From a virus: 64,000 nucleotides of DNA. Numbering within the stretch: position 1 is the first letter of the stretch; every line of letters starts with the position of its first letter. Below are positions 11,215 to 20,464 of the stretch, piece after piece. The stretch spans positions 32,001-96,000 of the IMG/VR virus record IMGVR_UViG_3300021960_000030; one strand, 5' to 3'. The translations under genes and the position numbers were made by a program. The notes under the pieces were generated by a model, which was not told where the DNA came from, did no database searches, and was given only the letters and a program-made list of their open reading frames with translations.

Positions 11215-11628
11215 TTATGCGACCTCTAGGAGGAAATCTACAGTTTGAAGTAATGTTTGTCCAATAATCACATACTCAATAGTTACGTTGAGTTCCTGAC
11301 CATCAGGGTTTTCACGAATGAATACGTTTTTCAGTTCAACTCTTGGTTCAAGTCTTTCTACGGTATTTCTAATCTCCGTTTTCATTTCTTCTGCCAAGAA
11401 CACGTCAAACGGTTCAAAGAGAAGGTTTTTGATTCTAGAACCGATGCCTGGTTGAAAAGGACGCTCACCAAACGTAGTGAGCATCAGGTTTCTGATGGAT
11501 TGCTTGATAGCGTTCTCATTTTTAACCACACTAAAATCCTTAGTATTGGGATTTGCCTTGAACGAAACCGCAAGGTCTTTATACCCTCTACTAAGGAACT
11601 TTTCAGATCTAAATCTATATGCGGGCAT
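11215..11628 (-). CDS. gp25: Baseplate wedge subunit gp25
   Basis: AIKQSIRNLMLTTFGERPFQPGIGS...EPRV is the GPW/gp25 motif. Confidence 0.95.
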   Translation of the reverse strand: MPAYRFRSEKFLSRGYKDLAVSFKANPNTKDFSVVKNENAIKQSIRNLMLTTFGERPFQPGIGSRIKNLLFEPFDVFLAEEMKTEIRNTVERLEPRVELKNVFIRENPDGQELNVTIEYVIIGQTLLQTVDFLLEVA

Positions 11629-11843
11629 TAGAAGCGTTCAACGTAATCATCGAACCCATTTTTACCACCACACCATTTTGAAAGACGATCTTGGGGAGGA
11701 TCGTTGTTGTGTGCTAACTTCAGATATTTATCAGCTTTCGGGTCAGTGATTAGAACCGTTGTCCCGAAATCGTGTTGCATCATTTCAGGTACATTATCTG
11801 GGATTGGATTGTTAGCCATCTGTCTCTCTTGCTTAAGGATCAA
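11628..11843 (-). CDS. Conserved cyanophage hypothetical protein (start may be ATG at 11819)
   Basis: ORF abutting gp25, with a late-promoter-like ATAAATA at 11878-11884 upstream. Confidence 0.7.
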   Translation of the reverse strand: MILKQERQMANNPIPDNVPEMMQHDFGTTVLITDPKADKYLKLAHNNDPPQDRLSKWCGGKNGFDDYVERF

Positions 11844-11876
11844 CAGAACTTTTTAAGCGGTTGCTATCGCTTAAAG

Positions 11877-12407
11877 TTATTTATCTCTCCAGTCCCAGTG
11901 GTTATTTGGTCTCTCCCACCAGAAGTGCAAGTCTTGCTCATCATCGTTGTAATATTCGCCAACAAAATCACTCTTGAACTTACTGTGAATATTTTCACAC
12001 ATCGCTACAGTGTAAATCTCTTTCGTAGTGAGTCTACGCATGGCACGGGTGATCCAAGTATAGTTACCACCTCGGATAACACCCGCTTCAATCAATACAA
12101 ACTTGTTAAACCGATCTTTCCATCTATGGAAAGCTTCCAGAAAGTCTAGTTCGTATTCGACTTTCGATTCATCGGGAAATGGCACGTTGACGGATTCGAT
12201 ATGGTAAATCTCACCGTCAACAGTCAACGAGTGTGCCATGTGTTGAGCAATGATTCCTGAATAGTCTGGTGAGACACAAATGAATAGCGTATCACGAGGA
12301 TGCCAGTTTGGTTTACGCACCATGACTTTGTGGATGATCGACTGAATCAGCGACATCTCCTTATCTTGGGAGATAAAATGCAAAGTCTTGTCTAGTGCGC
12401 TATACAT
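11877..12407 (-). CDS. Phosphoribosyltransferase-fold-like protein with a degenerate PRPP loop
   Basis: FVLIEAGVIRGGNY aligns by eye to the PRTase VxIDDxxxTGGT loop. The C-terminal FWWE resembles the Gpt-type PWE/D tail. Confidence 0.5.
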   Translation of the reverse strand: MYSALDKTLHFISQDKEMSLIQSIIHKVMVRKPNWHPRDTLFICVSPDYSGIIAQHMAHSLTVDGEIYHIESVNVPFPDESKVEYELDFLEAFHRWKDRFNKFVLIEAGVIRGGNYTWITRAMRRLTTKEIYTVAMCENIHSKFKSDFVGEYYNDDEQDLHFWWERPNNHWDWRDK

Positions 12408-12409
12408 GG

Positions 12410-12601
12410 TTACAGATTCAGAAACAGTTGTGTGGTGTATTCGTAGTCCACCATATGATATTTAAGGAACTCACGAAATGTCATTTTCATCTCTCTTTGT
12501 GACATACCGCAATGATCAGCGGCAGCAGGTAGATTCATGGTAGCCCGAAAAAGACCCCAGTTGGACTCTTCGACCAACTGGGGCGTAGTTTTAACTTTCA
12601 T
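12410..12601 (-). CDS. Hypothetical protein (possible HTH)
   Basis: ORF in the operon. MNLPAAADHCGMS is HTH-like. Confidence 0.6.
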   Translation of the reverse strand: MKVKTTPQLVEESNWGLFRATMNLPAAADHCGMSQREMKMTFREFLKYHMVDYEYTTQLFLNL

Positions 12602-12747
12602 CGACCTTGACCGCGATAACGCTTCTTGCGACCATTACGAGAGGTTGCAGAGAGTTTGGTGTTAACGCCACGACCCTGCCGAGTCATTTTCGGAGGACCA
12701 GGCTGAAAGACAATACGGGAAGAACCAACTTTCGCTTTAGCAGGCAT
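12598..12747 (-). CDS. Small basic hypothetical protein (MPAKAKVG...KRYRGQGR)
   Basis: ORF track 12598..12786. The internal ATG at 12747 is the more plausible start. Confidence 0.6.
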   Translation of the reverse strand: MPAKAKVGSSRIVFQPGPPKMTRQGRGVNTKLSATSRNGRKKRYRGQGR

Positions 12748-12786
12748 AGTGTGTGTCGTGTGGTGGACGTTGATATTATAGCACAA

Positions 12787-13320
12787 TCAGGCGGACCAGA
12801 CCGTAGCAGATCCCCATGCAACAACAGAACTACACGGATACGACCAACCAGGGAAACCAAGCCCCAGAGGATCCAGCATTCTGCCAACTGGCAGTTTTAA
12901 TGCAAAGACCGTGAGTGTAGTTGTGAACAAAACTCTGGGGTGACCTACACCACCCGCATCTTCAATCGTCAAGATCGAACATGGGATCGGTGTTGGAAAC
13001 GGACAGATGTTAGGACCGCAGGGGCACATGTATATAACAATGTTCGTACATGCACTCCAGTGGGGAGTGAACGTATCCCCTAGCAAATAGATTGGAAGGA
13101 AGTGTACAAGTACAAGTGCCCTCAAAGGGTTGAGAGCAGTCAGTGGTACAAGCGGATATGGTGGCCACCAGCATGTAAGATCTTTTACTTTGATCGTATA
13201 TGGGATTGGCGGACTACTACAACCCTGAACCGAGTGAACGGTAGGTGGCAAGCACAGTCCGTGACCACTACAAGGCAGTGCATTATGCGCTGCAACAGGT
13301 TTTAGAAATCCATATGCCAT
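12787..13320 (-). CDS. gp5.4: PAAR-domain baseplate spike tip (gp5.4-like)
   Basis: SGHGLCLPPT, LLGDTFTPH and H..VLFTTTLTVFALKLPVGRMLDPL..CSSVVAWGSATVW follow the T4 gp5.4 PAAR pattern. Confidence 0.8.
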   Translation of the reverse strand: MAYGFLKPVAAHNALPCSGHGLCLPPTVHSVQGCSSPPIPYTIKVKDLTCWWPPYPLVPLTALNPLRALVLVHFLPIYLLGDTFTPHWSACTNIVIYMCPCGPNICPFPTPIPCSILTIEDAGGVGHPRVLFTTTLTVFALKLPVGRMLDPLGLGFPGWSYPCSSVVAWGSATVWSA

Positions 13321-16300
13321 TAGAACCCATCTCCGATAACGTTTCTGATGTCAACGTCACATTCACTAAAGTAGGGGTTGCTTAAATACTGAACTGCTTT
13401 CGCATAAACAATGGTGGCACCTGTCAAGTAGTTTCGTACTTTCATTTGACCGACATATGGTCCTAAAACCATACTTGGGGTGCCACCCTGCATTCTGCCT
13501 GGTTGCACTGCGATAGAAACGTCGTTGACATTCTCAAGAGCAGCGCAAATACTCATGAGTTCGGGTACCTGATCATATGTAGTACCCGCGATGGGTTGAC
13601 CATTGGCATCCCATCCGCAGAAAACGTCCAATGGACCGTCTGAGGCAGTAACACCGCGAACATAGGTGTCCCAACATTCATTTGGTGGCGCACCGCCCAC
13701 CCAGGGTTCTGCTTCAATCGCAGTAATGTTGGTAGAGTCGCTAAAGTTCTCAGTTGTTGATCCGCCAGTCGGTTGTCCCGTTTGTGGGTCTGTTTCTGGA
13801 GTTGTAAAACTCCAACTCCAAGGTCCAACCAAGAAGTTGGGTGTATAAGTTGCAATATTGTCATGCAACCAGAGTTGGAACTGCTCAAACTCAGAATAAC
13901 TGGATCTGTTGTAGTCAAATGTGTTCTCGTCAAGTCCAATCGGCACAAAAACGTAACCAGGACCGTTAGGATCGCGATAACAACGTCCCTGAATGCCTCC
14001 ACGGAAGCAAGGATGAGTCTTTGCGAGTCCAGAAACCTTTCTTGTGGGTGTCAACCTCGCTGCAGGCATTTTATCCTTCAGGAAGTCCATGAAATCTTGC
14101 CCCTGAGACCCTATTGTATGCCCCTCTAACCGCATTGAAACCTTAAACGTGGCTTCCTCTGCCTCTGAAGCACAATATTTGTGTACAACCCATCCAAATG
14201 CCACTGGTTTGGGGTCTTCCAGAGGACTCAAAGGTTGAGATGTGCCTCTATAGGAGCAAGGCATGTCAAAGAAACGACTTACAGCGTAAGTTTTTGGTTG
14301 AGGAATCTCAATACACGCATTTCCATTGTTCCAACCATAGAGACCAGACAGTCCCGTTGCCCTTGTATCGGCAGTTTCCGCTGCAGAACGGATTTCTGAG
14401 AAGGGTCCGTTCAAATAATCGTTGATTCCATCGGAATACTGACGAACATATTTGAAAGATTCGTCTGTAGGGAGTGAATCCGCGATAACACCAGGCAAAG
14501 TGAGGTCTAAACACTGTGCAGGGAGGTCTTGACAGAGCACAGTCTTGTCAGTTTTGCTCACATCGGTCACTTTCATGTAACCTTGCGGGATTTCTACCGA
14601 CAATCCTTCTTCGATTTTGCTGAATCCTTCGTTAAGTACGCCTTCTAAGTCAAAGCCACCGTCAGTTCCGACAAGATCCTTGACATTTTTGAGTGCACCA
14701 CTCTTCACAGGGTCATAACCTGCGGTAGATTGCCCATCAAATCCGCGAGAAACCTTCTCAGGGATGACAACTGCGACTAAAGGCGGGAAATCTGGCGAAT
14801 ATCCAGACCCAGGATCCGTGATTGCGACTCTAACGATGGTTCCATTGGCGTCCATCTCCTCAACAATGATCTTTGCCTGCTTCTGAATGACAGTTTTGCC
14901 GCGATTATACGCAACTTTGCCTGCAGTTGCCTTATCAGACTGTGCCAAAGTGTTAGAAGTCTTCGAGATTGCGTTATGCATCTGCATATCGTAGTCTTGT
15001 GAAGTCTCCTGAGTGTATCCAGCAGTCTTTGCATTGCCCAAACCGTTGTCTAACGGTGCCTGATTCATCATTTCTGACGCAAAATCGCCAGGAGAGAAGT
15101 CTTCCATGATGCCAGGAGAGGAAACAGAGATGGTTGTGTCCTCAAATCTGTATCCAAAACCACCATTTATGATCTTAACTCGCGCAAGTTCGCCTCTTTC
15201 ATTGATAACTGCCTCAAGTTTTGCCTCATCTAGCGTTCTACTTGCGACTAATGCGTTAGGATCGATCTCAACTTGGAAGTAAGTGATCTTTTTGGGGAAC
15301 TCATATACGCCAAAGAACGCACATTTGTCGCTAATACCGTATCCAGCAAGCACAACTGCGGATGCACCATCAGCAGAAGTGAACTGTTGGTTGTATGTGA
15401 ACTCATTTCCGTTCTCTGCTTCCGCATCTGTCTCGCCCAACTCCATAAATCCGCACTTAGTTTCATCACCAAAGTAACGAATGGACGTGATTGTCCACCC
15501 ATTGATGCTTTCACCACGCCTAAATGCGCCAGTTGTGGTAACATAGCGGAACAAAATGCGTCTAGAGTCGGTACCAACCGTCCAGAAAGACTCATTTACG
15601 CCCTGTGTGGACATATCTGAGAGTTTCAAAGTCGATTTTGTCGTCTCCCAGGAGTCTTCTCGGATCTGATAGAAGTGAGAATGGTAAGAATAGTTGCGAA
15701 TACAGCAAGGATACGACCTACTTTGCTCATCTTGACACGTTGTATTGGGACAACAACCCGCATCAGACAGTGTATACTGGATTCCGAAGATAGGACCGTT
15801 CCATGGATACGACGTATCGTACAAATAATAGACAAACTGAGAGTCGTACATGTCCTCAAATCCCAGATATCTGGGAACAGCACCCTTGATTGCGCCGTTT
15901 AGACCATACGCCCACTCAAAGTTTGCATCTGTAGAGGCAACTTCAACGTAATCTGCGTCTCCCCACCCGTTCATATTGGGTGGACCTTCAAATCTGGAGT
16001 CAGTATCGCCGCGTCTACCCCATCTATACTTGAAATATGACCATGGCTCTGCCCATTGATACCAACCAGACTTGTCTACACACTGTCCAGTGGGTCCAAT
16101 CAGACCCACATCAACAACTTGTTTTGCTTTCTGTGACCCAAAACCACCCGTATATACATAACCGATGATGCCTTGGTATGCATATTCCCCTCTCATGGGG
16201 TCCTTGGGGGGTATAGGACCGCCTGAGAGGTTTACTTCACCTGCAGGAGTGGTGGTATAGAAGTCATCATACTTCGGTGCACCTGCATAATAATGATACA

Positions 16301-16862
16301 GAGGGGTATAATCTGCCCCATGAGCAGCAGCACCCGCCTCTGTGGTGTGAATATAACCTAATGTACCAGTATTCTCGAATCCACTCTCACTTTGATTGGA
16401 CGAGATTTTTGTATTATTGAGGTCGTGGTTGTAATGCCGATAGAACTGTGTTCCACCTGACGATGCAGATTCCAGAACATAGAACACAGGACGATTAGAA
16501 CGCGGTTCTGCGTTATATTTTTTTGCTACCTTTCCTTTACGACGTTCACCGACCATATCATCTTTGCGGATACGGTTCTCAATCGTATAGGTATGATCGA
16601 ATCCACTGCCACCTGTACCACGATAGTGTCGATAAACTTCTCTTCTATCACTATCGCAGTTGGTGCAAACTTCTTCCTCGTCCCCAATATAATGCACATT
16701 ATCTTTGCCTAAGGGTAACGACCCAGGTCCCGCTCCGAGGAACTTGATCTGATACCCATCAGGCACGCCTTCATACTCATCACTATTCCAACGCTTCTCA
16801 AAATCTTTCGTTTCGATTGGATTGCGATAAGATCTTCCCGTCTCTATAATATAGGCAGGCAT
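13320..16862 (-). CDS. Large virion structural protein (1180 aa)
   Basis: Long ORF in the late operon with GxGY repeats (IINGGFGY, ITDPGSGY) like gp7, and N-terminal YRHY/FYTT repeats. Confidence 0.75.
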   Translation of the reverse strand: MPAYIIETGRSYRNPIETKDFEKRWNSDEYEGVPDGYQIKFLGAGPGSLPLGKDNVHYIGDEEEVCTNCDSDRREVYRHYRGTGGSGFDHTYTIENRIRKDDMVGERRKGKVAKKYNAEPRSNRPVFYVLESASSGGTQFYRHYNHDLNNTKISSNQSESGFENTGTLGYIHTTEAGAAAHGADYTPLYHYYAGAPKYDDFYTTTPAGEVNLSGGPIPPKDPMRGEYAYQGIIGYVYTGGFGSQKAKQVVDVGLIGPTGQCVDKSGWYQWAEPWSYFKYRWGRRGDTDSRFEGPPNMNGWGDADYVEVASTDANFEWAYGLNGAIKGAVPRYLGFEDMYDSQFVYYLYDTSYPWNGPIFGIQYTLSDAGCCPNTTCQDEQSRSYPCCIRNYSYHSHFYQIREDSWETTKSTLKLSDMSTQGVNESFWTVGTDSRRILFRYVTTTGAFRRGESINGWTITSIRYFGDETKCGFMELGETDAEAENGNEFTYNQQFTSADGASAVVLAGYGISDKCAFFGVYEFPKKITYFQVEIDPNALVASRTLDEAKLEAVINERGELARVKIINGGFGYRFEDTTISVSSPGIMEDFSPGDFASEMMNQAPLDNGLGNAKTAGYTQETSQDYDMQMHNAISKTSNTLAQSDKATAGKVAYNRGKTVIQKQAKIIVEEMDANGTIVRVAITDPGSGYSPDFPPLVAVVIPEKVSRGFDGQSTAGYDPVKSGALKNVKDLVGTDGGFDLEGVLNEGFSKIEEGLSVEIPQGYMKVTDVSKTDKTVLCQDLPAQCLDLTLPGVIADSLPTDESFKYVRQYSDGINDYLNGPFSEIRSAAETADTRATGLSGLYGWNNGNACIEIPQPKTYAVSRFFDMPCSYRGTSQPLSPLEDPKPVAFGWVVHKYCASEAEEATFKVSMRLEGHTIGSQGQDFMDFLKDKMPAARLTPTRKVSGLAKTHPCFRGGIQGRCYRDPNGPGYVFVPIGLDENTFDYNRSSYSEFEQFQLWLHDNIATYTPNFLVGPWSWSFTTPETDPQTGQPTGGSTTENFSDSTNITAIEAEPWVGGAPPNECWDTYVRGVTASDGPLDVFCGWDANGQPIAGTTYDQVPELMSICAALENVNDVSIAVQPGRMQGGTPSMVLGPYVGQMKVRNYLTGATIVYAKAVQYLSNPYFSECDVDIRNVIGDGF

Positions 16863-17083
16863 TAAATACCAAGAACTGTTTCAATCGTATTTAGTCTCTC
16901 ATAGAGGTCATCGAAAACCTGCTTTAGGTTTTTATACTCATCCGACCCTGGTGGTTTGTATTGAATCATACTTGGACCTGGGGGCGGCATTTTTGAGACC
17001 GCTTCTTCTAGCAACTGTATACGGGCATTCAAGTGTAAGAATGCATCATTGATATTCTTAAAGTTCTCGTTCAGATTGTCCAT
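16862..17083 (-). CDS. Hypothetical protein
   Basis: Coiled-coil-like ORF translationally coupled to the next gene. Confidence 0.7.
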   Translation of the reverse strand: MDNLNENFKNINDAFLHLNARIQLLEEAVSKMPPPGPSMIQYKPPGSDEYKNLKQVFDDLYERLNTIETVLGI

Positions 17084-17127
17084 AATGTTGGGTCAAACGC
17101 GGTTTTTGGTTTCGCGGTTTTTGAGAG

Positions 17128-17313
17128 TTAATCTTCAGTATCGAGATCCTCGTCAGCAACCTTCTTAAGCATTATTGTACCATCGATGTCCTCAGAATAT
17201 TCTAAGTAATCTCCTTCACACCATCCCGCCTCCTGTAGGAGTTCATCGGGGAACTGTACAAATACTTCACCATCGTCCCCTTCCTGGACCTCTAAGACGT
17301 ATCTCTTACTCAT
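17128..17313 (-). CDS. AbrB/MazE/SpoVT-like DNA-binding protein
   Basis: GEVFVQFPDELLQEAGWCEGDYLEY..DGTIMLKK is a swapped-hairpin pattern. Confidence 0.75.
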   Translation of the reverse strand: MSKRYVLEVQEGDDGEVFVQFPDELLQEAGWCEGDYLEYSEDIDGTIMLKKVADEDLDTED

Positions 17314-17412
17314 TTAATACTCCGAGTAACACACAACAGTATATAGATTTTCTCAGTGTTTGTGATACAACCAGACGTACACGTCAGCACGCACAGGTCT
17401 GAGAAACTTTTT

Positions 17413-17552
17413 ACCCCTGGAAAAAATATTTTGTAGAGAGATATTCGCAATCTCTTTTAGGGTGAGGAAGATATACGACCATTCCTCACGGGGGGTCGTA
17501 GCGAGGGTCTGGGGGGTCTCAGAACCCCTGGAAATATTTTTAGAGAGAGATA
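17413..17552. repeat. Imperfect direct repeat ACCCCTGGAAA(AA)TATTTT-TAGAGAGA(GA)TA x2 in the non-coding junction
   Basis: Copies start at 17413 and 17524. Confidence 0.6.
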
Positions 17553-17645
17553 ACACTAGGGCGATCCTATACTTTTGTAGGTTAGGGAAGTGGGGCGTTT
17601 TAATATAGCGAAATGGGGGACACGATTGCATCCCCATTGTATACA

Positions 17646-17828
17646 CTAACTGTAACTCACATCATAACAGAAACCCTCTGCAATCATGTAGTCTGTGAAT
17701 CTTTGATACTGTTGGAGATCTTCACTCAAACCAGTATCAATAAGGAACTGTGCTAACTCTATCTGTTCGTCGGGTGGGAGTGATCCTGCGTCGTACAGAT
17801 CTAGGAGAAGTTGATACTTTTCAGGCAT
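17646..17828 (-). CDS. Hypothetical protein (MPEKYQLL...)
   Basis: ORF track 17646..17855. An internal ATG overlapping the upstream stop is preferred. Confidence 0.65.
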   Translation of the reverse strand: MPEKYQLLLDLYDAGSLPPDEQIELAQFLIDTGLSEDLQQYQRFTDYMIAEGFCYDVSYS

Positions 17829-17994
17829 TGGGTTGTTTACTGTAATCGGATGCATCTTGCAATGCTAGTTGATAACTCTTGAATGGTCCAAACTTAGGAC
17901 AACCTTCGTAATCATATCGCCAGAAGTGTTTACGATGGTTTTCCCAGATCTGTATATCAACTGGGGGATTCGTGTTGAGGGTGATAGTTTTCAA
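17821..17994 (-). CDS. Small hypothetical protein (57 aa, TTG start)
   Basis: Hand translation KTITLNTNPPVDIQIWENHRKHFWRYDYEGCPKFGPFKSY..., with overlapping stop/start on both sides. Confidence 0.55.
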   Translation of the reverse strand: MKTITLNTNPPVDIQIWENHRKHFWRYDYEGCPKFGPFKSYQLALQDASDYSKQPNA

Positions 17995-18122
17995 CTCCAA
18001 TCACCTCGGCAATCATGAGCGAACTCGGGCAGCATAGCATCATCAATGTCGAGGTCTTCGCTCAGTTCGTCATCATCGGAGAGCATGTAATCAATCCAGT
18101 CCTGGGCATTGAAATCATCCAT
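17991..18122 (-). CDS. Small acidic hypothetical protein (43 aa)
   Basis: Hand translation MDDFNAQDWIDYMLSDDDELSEDLDIDD..., coupled to its neighbours. Confidence 0.5.
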   Translation of the reverse strand: MDDFNAQDWIDYMLSDDDELSEDLDIDDAMLPEFAHDCRGDWS

Positions 18123-18301
18123 CAATCTGCCTCCCAATGGTCATCAGTAGCAGTGAATGGTTTCTTATACTTTTCAACAAAAGTGTCTGTGGAATCTGTG
18201 GAAAACTCTCGACGATCTTTGTTTCCCCAGTTACGCTTCTCTCTGATAGATTTGGGACGACGTGAGTTGTGAATGTCGTTCTTCTTGTATGTGCGACCCA
18301 T
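18122..18301 (-). CDS. Small hypothetical protein (59 aa)
   Basis: Hand translation MGRTYKKNDIHNSRRPKSIREKR..., downstream of a sigma70-like promoter. Confidence 0.6.
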   Translation of the reverse strand: MGRTYKKNDIHNSRRPKSIREKRNWGNKDRREFSTDSTDTFVEKYKKPFTATDDHWEAD

Positions 18302-18550
18302 GGGATTCTGAATGACAGTGTTAGTGAAGGACTCTGTTAGTATGTATCAATCAAGGGGGCATTGTCAAGGGGTTTGTGAGGGTTTCTGAAGTGTCCTGGG
18401 GGTGTTGCTAACTCGCTGTCGATGTGTTACAGTCCGAGGTAACAATAACCACACACATTAACACGAACTATCGAACACTAATGTATGTTTATTAGACCAT
18501 TTCTTAAATACACAGTTTTCCACAGACATTGTGGAAAAAGTTGTGGAAAA
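18171..18550. promoter_or_regulatory. Cluster of cyanobacterial-type DnaA boxes (TTTTCCACA)
   Basis: Perfect boxes at 18197-18205, 18516-18524, 18530-18538 and 18542-18550. Near-matches at 18171-18179 and 18188-18196. Confidence 0.6.
18339..18368 (-). promoter_or_regulatory. Sigma70-like promoter TTGACA-N18-CATACT
   Basis: Perfect -35 at 18363-18368 and near-consensus -10 at 18339-18344. Confidence 0.55.
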
Positions 18551-18561
18551 CTGCGCGTTCA

Positions 18562-19206
18562 TTAAGTAATGCCTACAGGGACAACATTGAATGAGATAGT
18601 GATACGATTATCCCCTAGGTTTGATTCATATCCATGAGTCAGATTAGGAGGATAGATTAACACAGTTCCCTCGTTATGAGGTACATAGCACTCGGGTTGA
18701 TTGAATGCGGTTTCTTTACTACATTCGATCTGCAATGCTGGGAAATGAGTAGAAACAACGTGTCGTCTAAACTTCAATGGAGAATGAACTTTCTTGTCTA
18801 GATTGAGAAAATACGTTCCCGAATACAGAGCATTAGAATGTTCATGTGGAGCATAGATTGCACCCTCTGATGCTATCTCTAGGTAGGACTCTTGTATGTC
18901 AAATCTTGATGCATAGCACCAGGCATTTTCGTTGTGTTTGGATACTAGATCAAGCAGGATTGTTTTCAGTTCAGGCAGATCATTTAGCAGTTCATTGTCA
19001 TTCCCTACAGTGACAACATTGTGAGAAATCATTCTCCTACCATGATCAGGATTGAGATCCTTAGTTCTCATCCAGGAGAGGATTTGTTGTTTGACGTTGT
19101 TATGATCGGGAACGTCAAATGCAGAGATGGCAGAAGGGAAACATGCGAAGGTTTGATTCTTATGTAATACCTCTTCAGTGAGATTGTCAGAGAGTTGATC
19201 AGTCAT
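18562..19206 (-). CDS. 2OG-Fe(II) oxygenase, TIGR02466-like
   Basis: PHEHSNALYSGTYFL...IYPPNLTHG...RITISFN. The ORF track start is 19239 and MTDQ at 19206 is likely. Confidence 0.85.
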   Translation of the reverse strand: MTDQLSDNLTEEVLHKNQTFACFPSAISAFDVPDHNNVKQQILSWMRTKDLNPDHGRRMISHNVVTVGNDNELLNDLPELKTILLDLVSKHNENAWCYASRFDIQESYLEIASEGAIYAPHEHSNALYSGTYFLNLDKKVHSPLKFRRHVVSTHFPALQIECSKETAFNQPECYVPHNEGTVLIYPPNLTHGYESNLGDNRITISFNVVPVGIT

Positions 19207-19208
19207 GT

Positions 19209-19622
19209 TTAGCGAAGATAGAGATAATGACCTGCCCAATCTGCTTTACGATAACACTCTTCGCGAGAGTTCTTATCAAACAGATTGAAACGAATGCCTT
19301 TGGCAGGTTTAGAAATGGAGGCGGGTTTATATACGTCACCCGTCACCTTATCTATGAAACAATGAACAGAACGGGATCCGCTCTGATTCATCATCACTTT
19401 AGCATACTTGCGTCCTTCTTCTACATCAAAGGAAATGCGCCAATCAAAACGATCTTCGCGGATTGCATCCAGTTGTGATTGGAAATAACCCGTATCATCA
19501 GCACCTTTACTAACCTGATGACGATAGGACTTTACAGTGTAGAGTCGATAATCTTGCTCCAGTGATTCACACAAACAGGCGATCAAAGTGTTGAGCGGAG
19601 TGTTGTTCAGAGTTTCGAGCAT
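19209..19622 (-). CDS. Conserved phage hypothetical protein
   Basis: GRKYAKV..SVHCFIDKVTGDVYKPASISKPAKGIRFNL is a recurrent phage early-gene family. Confidence 0.8.
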   Translation of the reverse strand: MLETLNNTPLNTLIACLCESLEQDYRLYTVKSYRHQVSKGADDTGYFQSQLDAIREDRFDWRISFDVEEGRKYAKVMMNQSGSRSVHCFIDKVTGDVYKPASISKPAKGIRFNLFDKNSREECYRKADWAGHYLYLR

Positions 19623-19627
19623 TTGAT

Positions 19628-19792
19628 TCAGTTAGCGGTGCGTTGAATGAGATTGCCAGTCAGGTGAAATGCTTCGCCAGTGTGGTAACGAACGCCAGGA
19701 AAAAGAATAAACGAAACGACGAAGATGATGCCAATGAGTTTCACTTTTCTGGGGTCAAGTGGTTTGCAAGTGAGGCGCTTACGGCGTGCCAT
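19628..19792 (-). CDS. Small membrane protein (54 aa)
   Basis: Hand translation MARRKRLTCKPLDPRKVKLIGIIFVVSFILFPG... Confidence 0.55.
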   Translation of the reverse strand: MARRKRLTCKPLDPRKVKLIGIIFVVSFILFPGVRYHTGEAFHLTGNLIQRTAN

Positions 19793-19796
19793 TGTA

Positions 19797-20129
19797 TCAA
19801 CCGAGGCGCATGGAAGAGAAGAAAGGAACGATGGAAATACCTTGGGCAGTGTTCATCGAAACGAACCAATCGAAGTTCTTTTGAAACACACCATCACCCG
19901 ATTCGCCGTGCTCTTTGAGAATAGCATTCAGGCGGGATTTGGTGGTGTTGGATTGCCAACCACCATCGAAAAGACGGATGTAAGTCTCACCCACGTCTGC
20001 AATGTGATTGCCGTGCAGATACACTTTAGACTCACCAGTGTCGGCGTCAAAGGTAACAGAAGTGTTACCAGATTGCCAGTTCACGTTGTTGGTGATGGCG
20101 GCGTTCATTTGGGTTTCGATCTTACGCAT
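19797..20129 (-). CDS. Conserved cyanophage early hypothetical protein
   Basis: MRKIETQM..VYLHGNHIA..DGGWQSNTTKSRLNAIL. First gene after a promoter cassette. Confidence 0.8.
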   Translation of the reverse strand: MRKIETQMNAAITNNVNWQSGNTSVTFDADTGESKVYLHGNHIADVGETYIRLFDGGWQSNTTKSRLNAILKEHGESGDGVFQKNFDWFVSMNTAQGISIVPFFSSMRLG

Positions 20130-20185
20130 GATTGAGAAGAGAGTGGTTTGCGGGGGGCGGTGCTCTGTGCCCCTCCGATGAAACT

Positions 20186-20242
20186 AATATAGGGCATTTG
20201 GGGGGTCTGTGCCAGAATGGTGGACACTCTGCCGACTGGCAC
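20186..20242 (-). promoter_or_regulatory. Early promoter cassette copy 1: GTGCCAGT-N7-GTGTCCAC-N28-TATATT
   Basis: Repeated element read directly from the sequence. Confidence 0.75.
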
Positions 20243-20251
20243 AGGAGTTCT

Positions 20252-20425
20252 TTACTCTTCTAGCAACTCGGGATAGTATTCTCCAACCTCATCAATCAGT
20301 TCCTTTTCACTATATCCATCCAGGTTTTCATCCAGTTGATCATATACCAATGCGATGAGATCTTTGAGGTCCATGCCATCAATGATTTGATTGATGTATG
20401 CTGCTTGGAGTTCTTCGCGGTTCAT
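20252..20425 (-). CDS. Small acidic hypothetical protein (57 aa)
   Basis: Hand translation MNREELQAAYINQIIDGMDLKDLIALVYDQL...YYPELLEE. Confidence 0.7.
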   Translation of the reverse strand: MNREELQAAYINQIIDGMDLKDLIALVYDQLDENLDGYSEKELIDEVGEYYPELLEE

Positions 20426-20464
20426 GATTGTTGAGGTGATTGTGTTAGTCAGCGTTGCGCGTTC

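Noticed and set aside
17128-17313. Toxin-antitoxin pair (AbrB/MazE-like; also the Phd-like gene at 48831)
   Set aside because: No recognisable toxin gene is adjacent to either.
17353-17646. 97-aa ORF across the junction
   Set aside because: Spans direct repeats and G-runs, has atypical composition and no motifs. Treated as non-coding.
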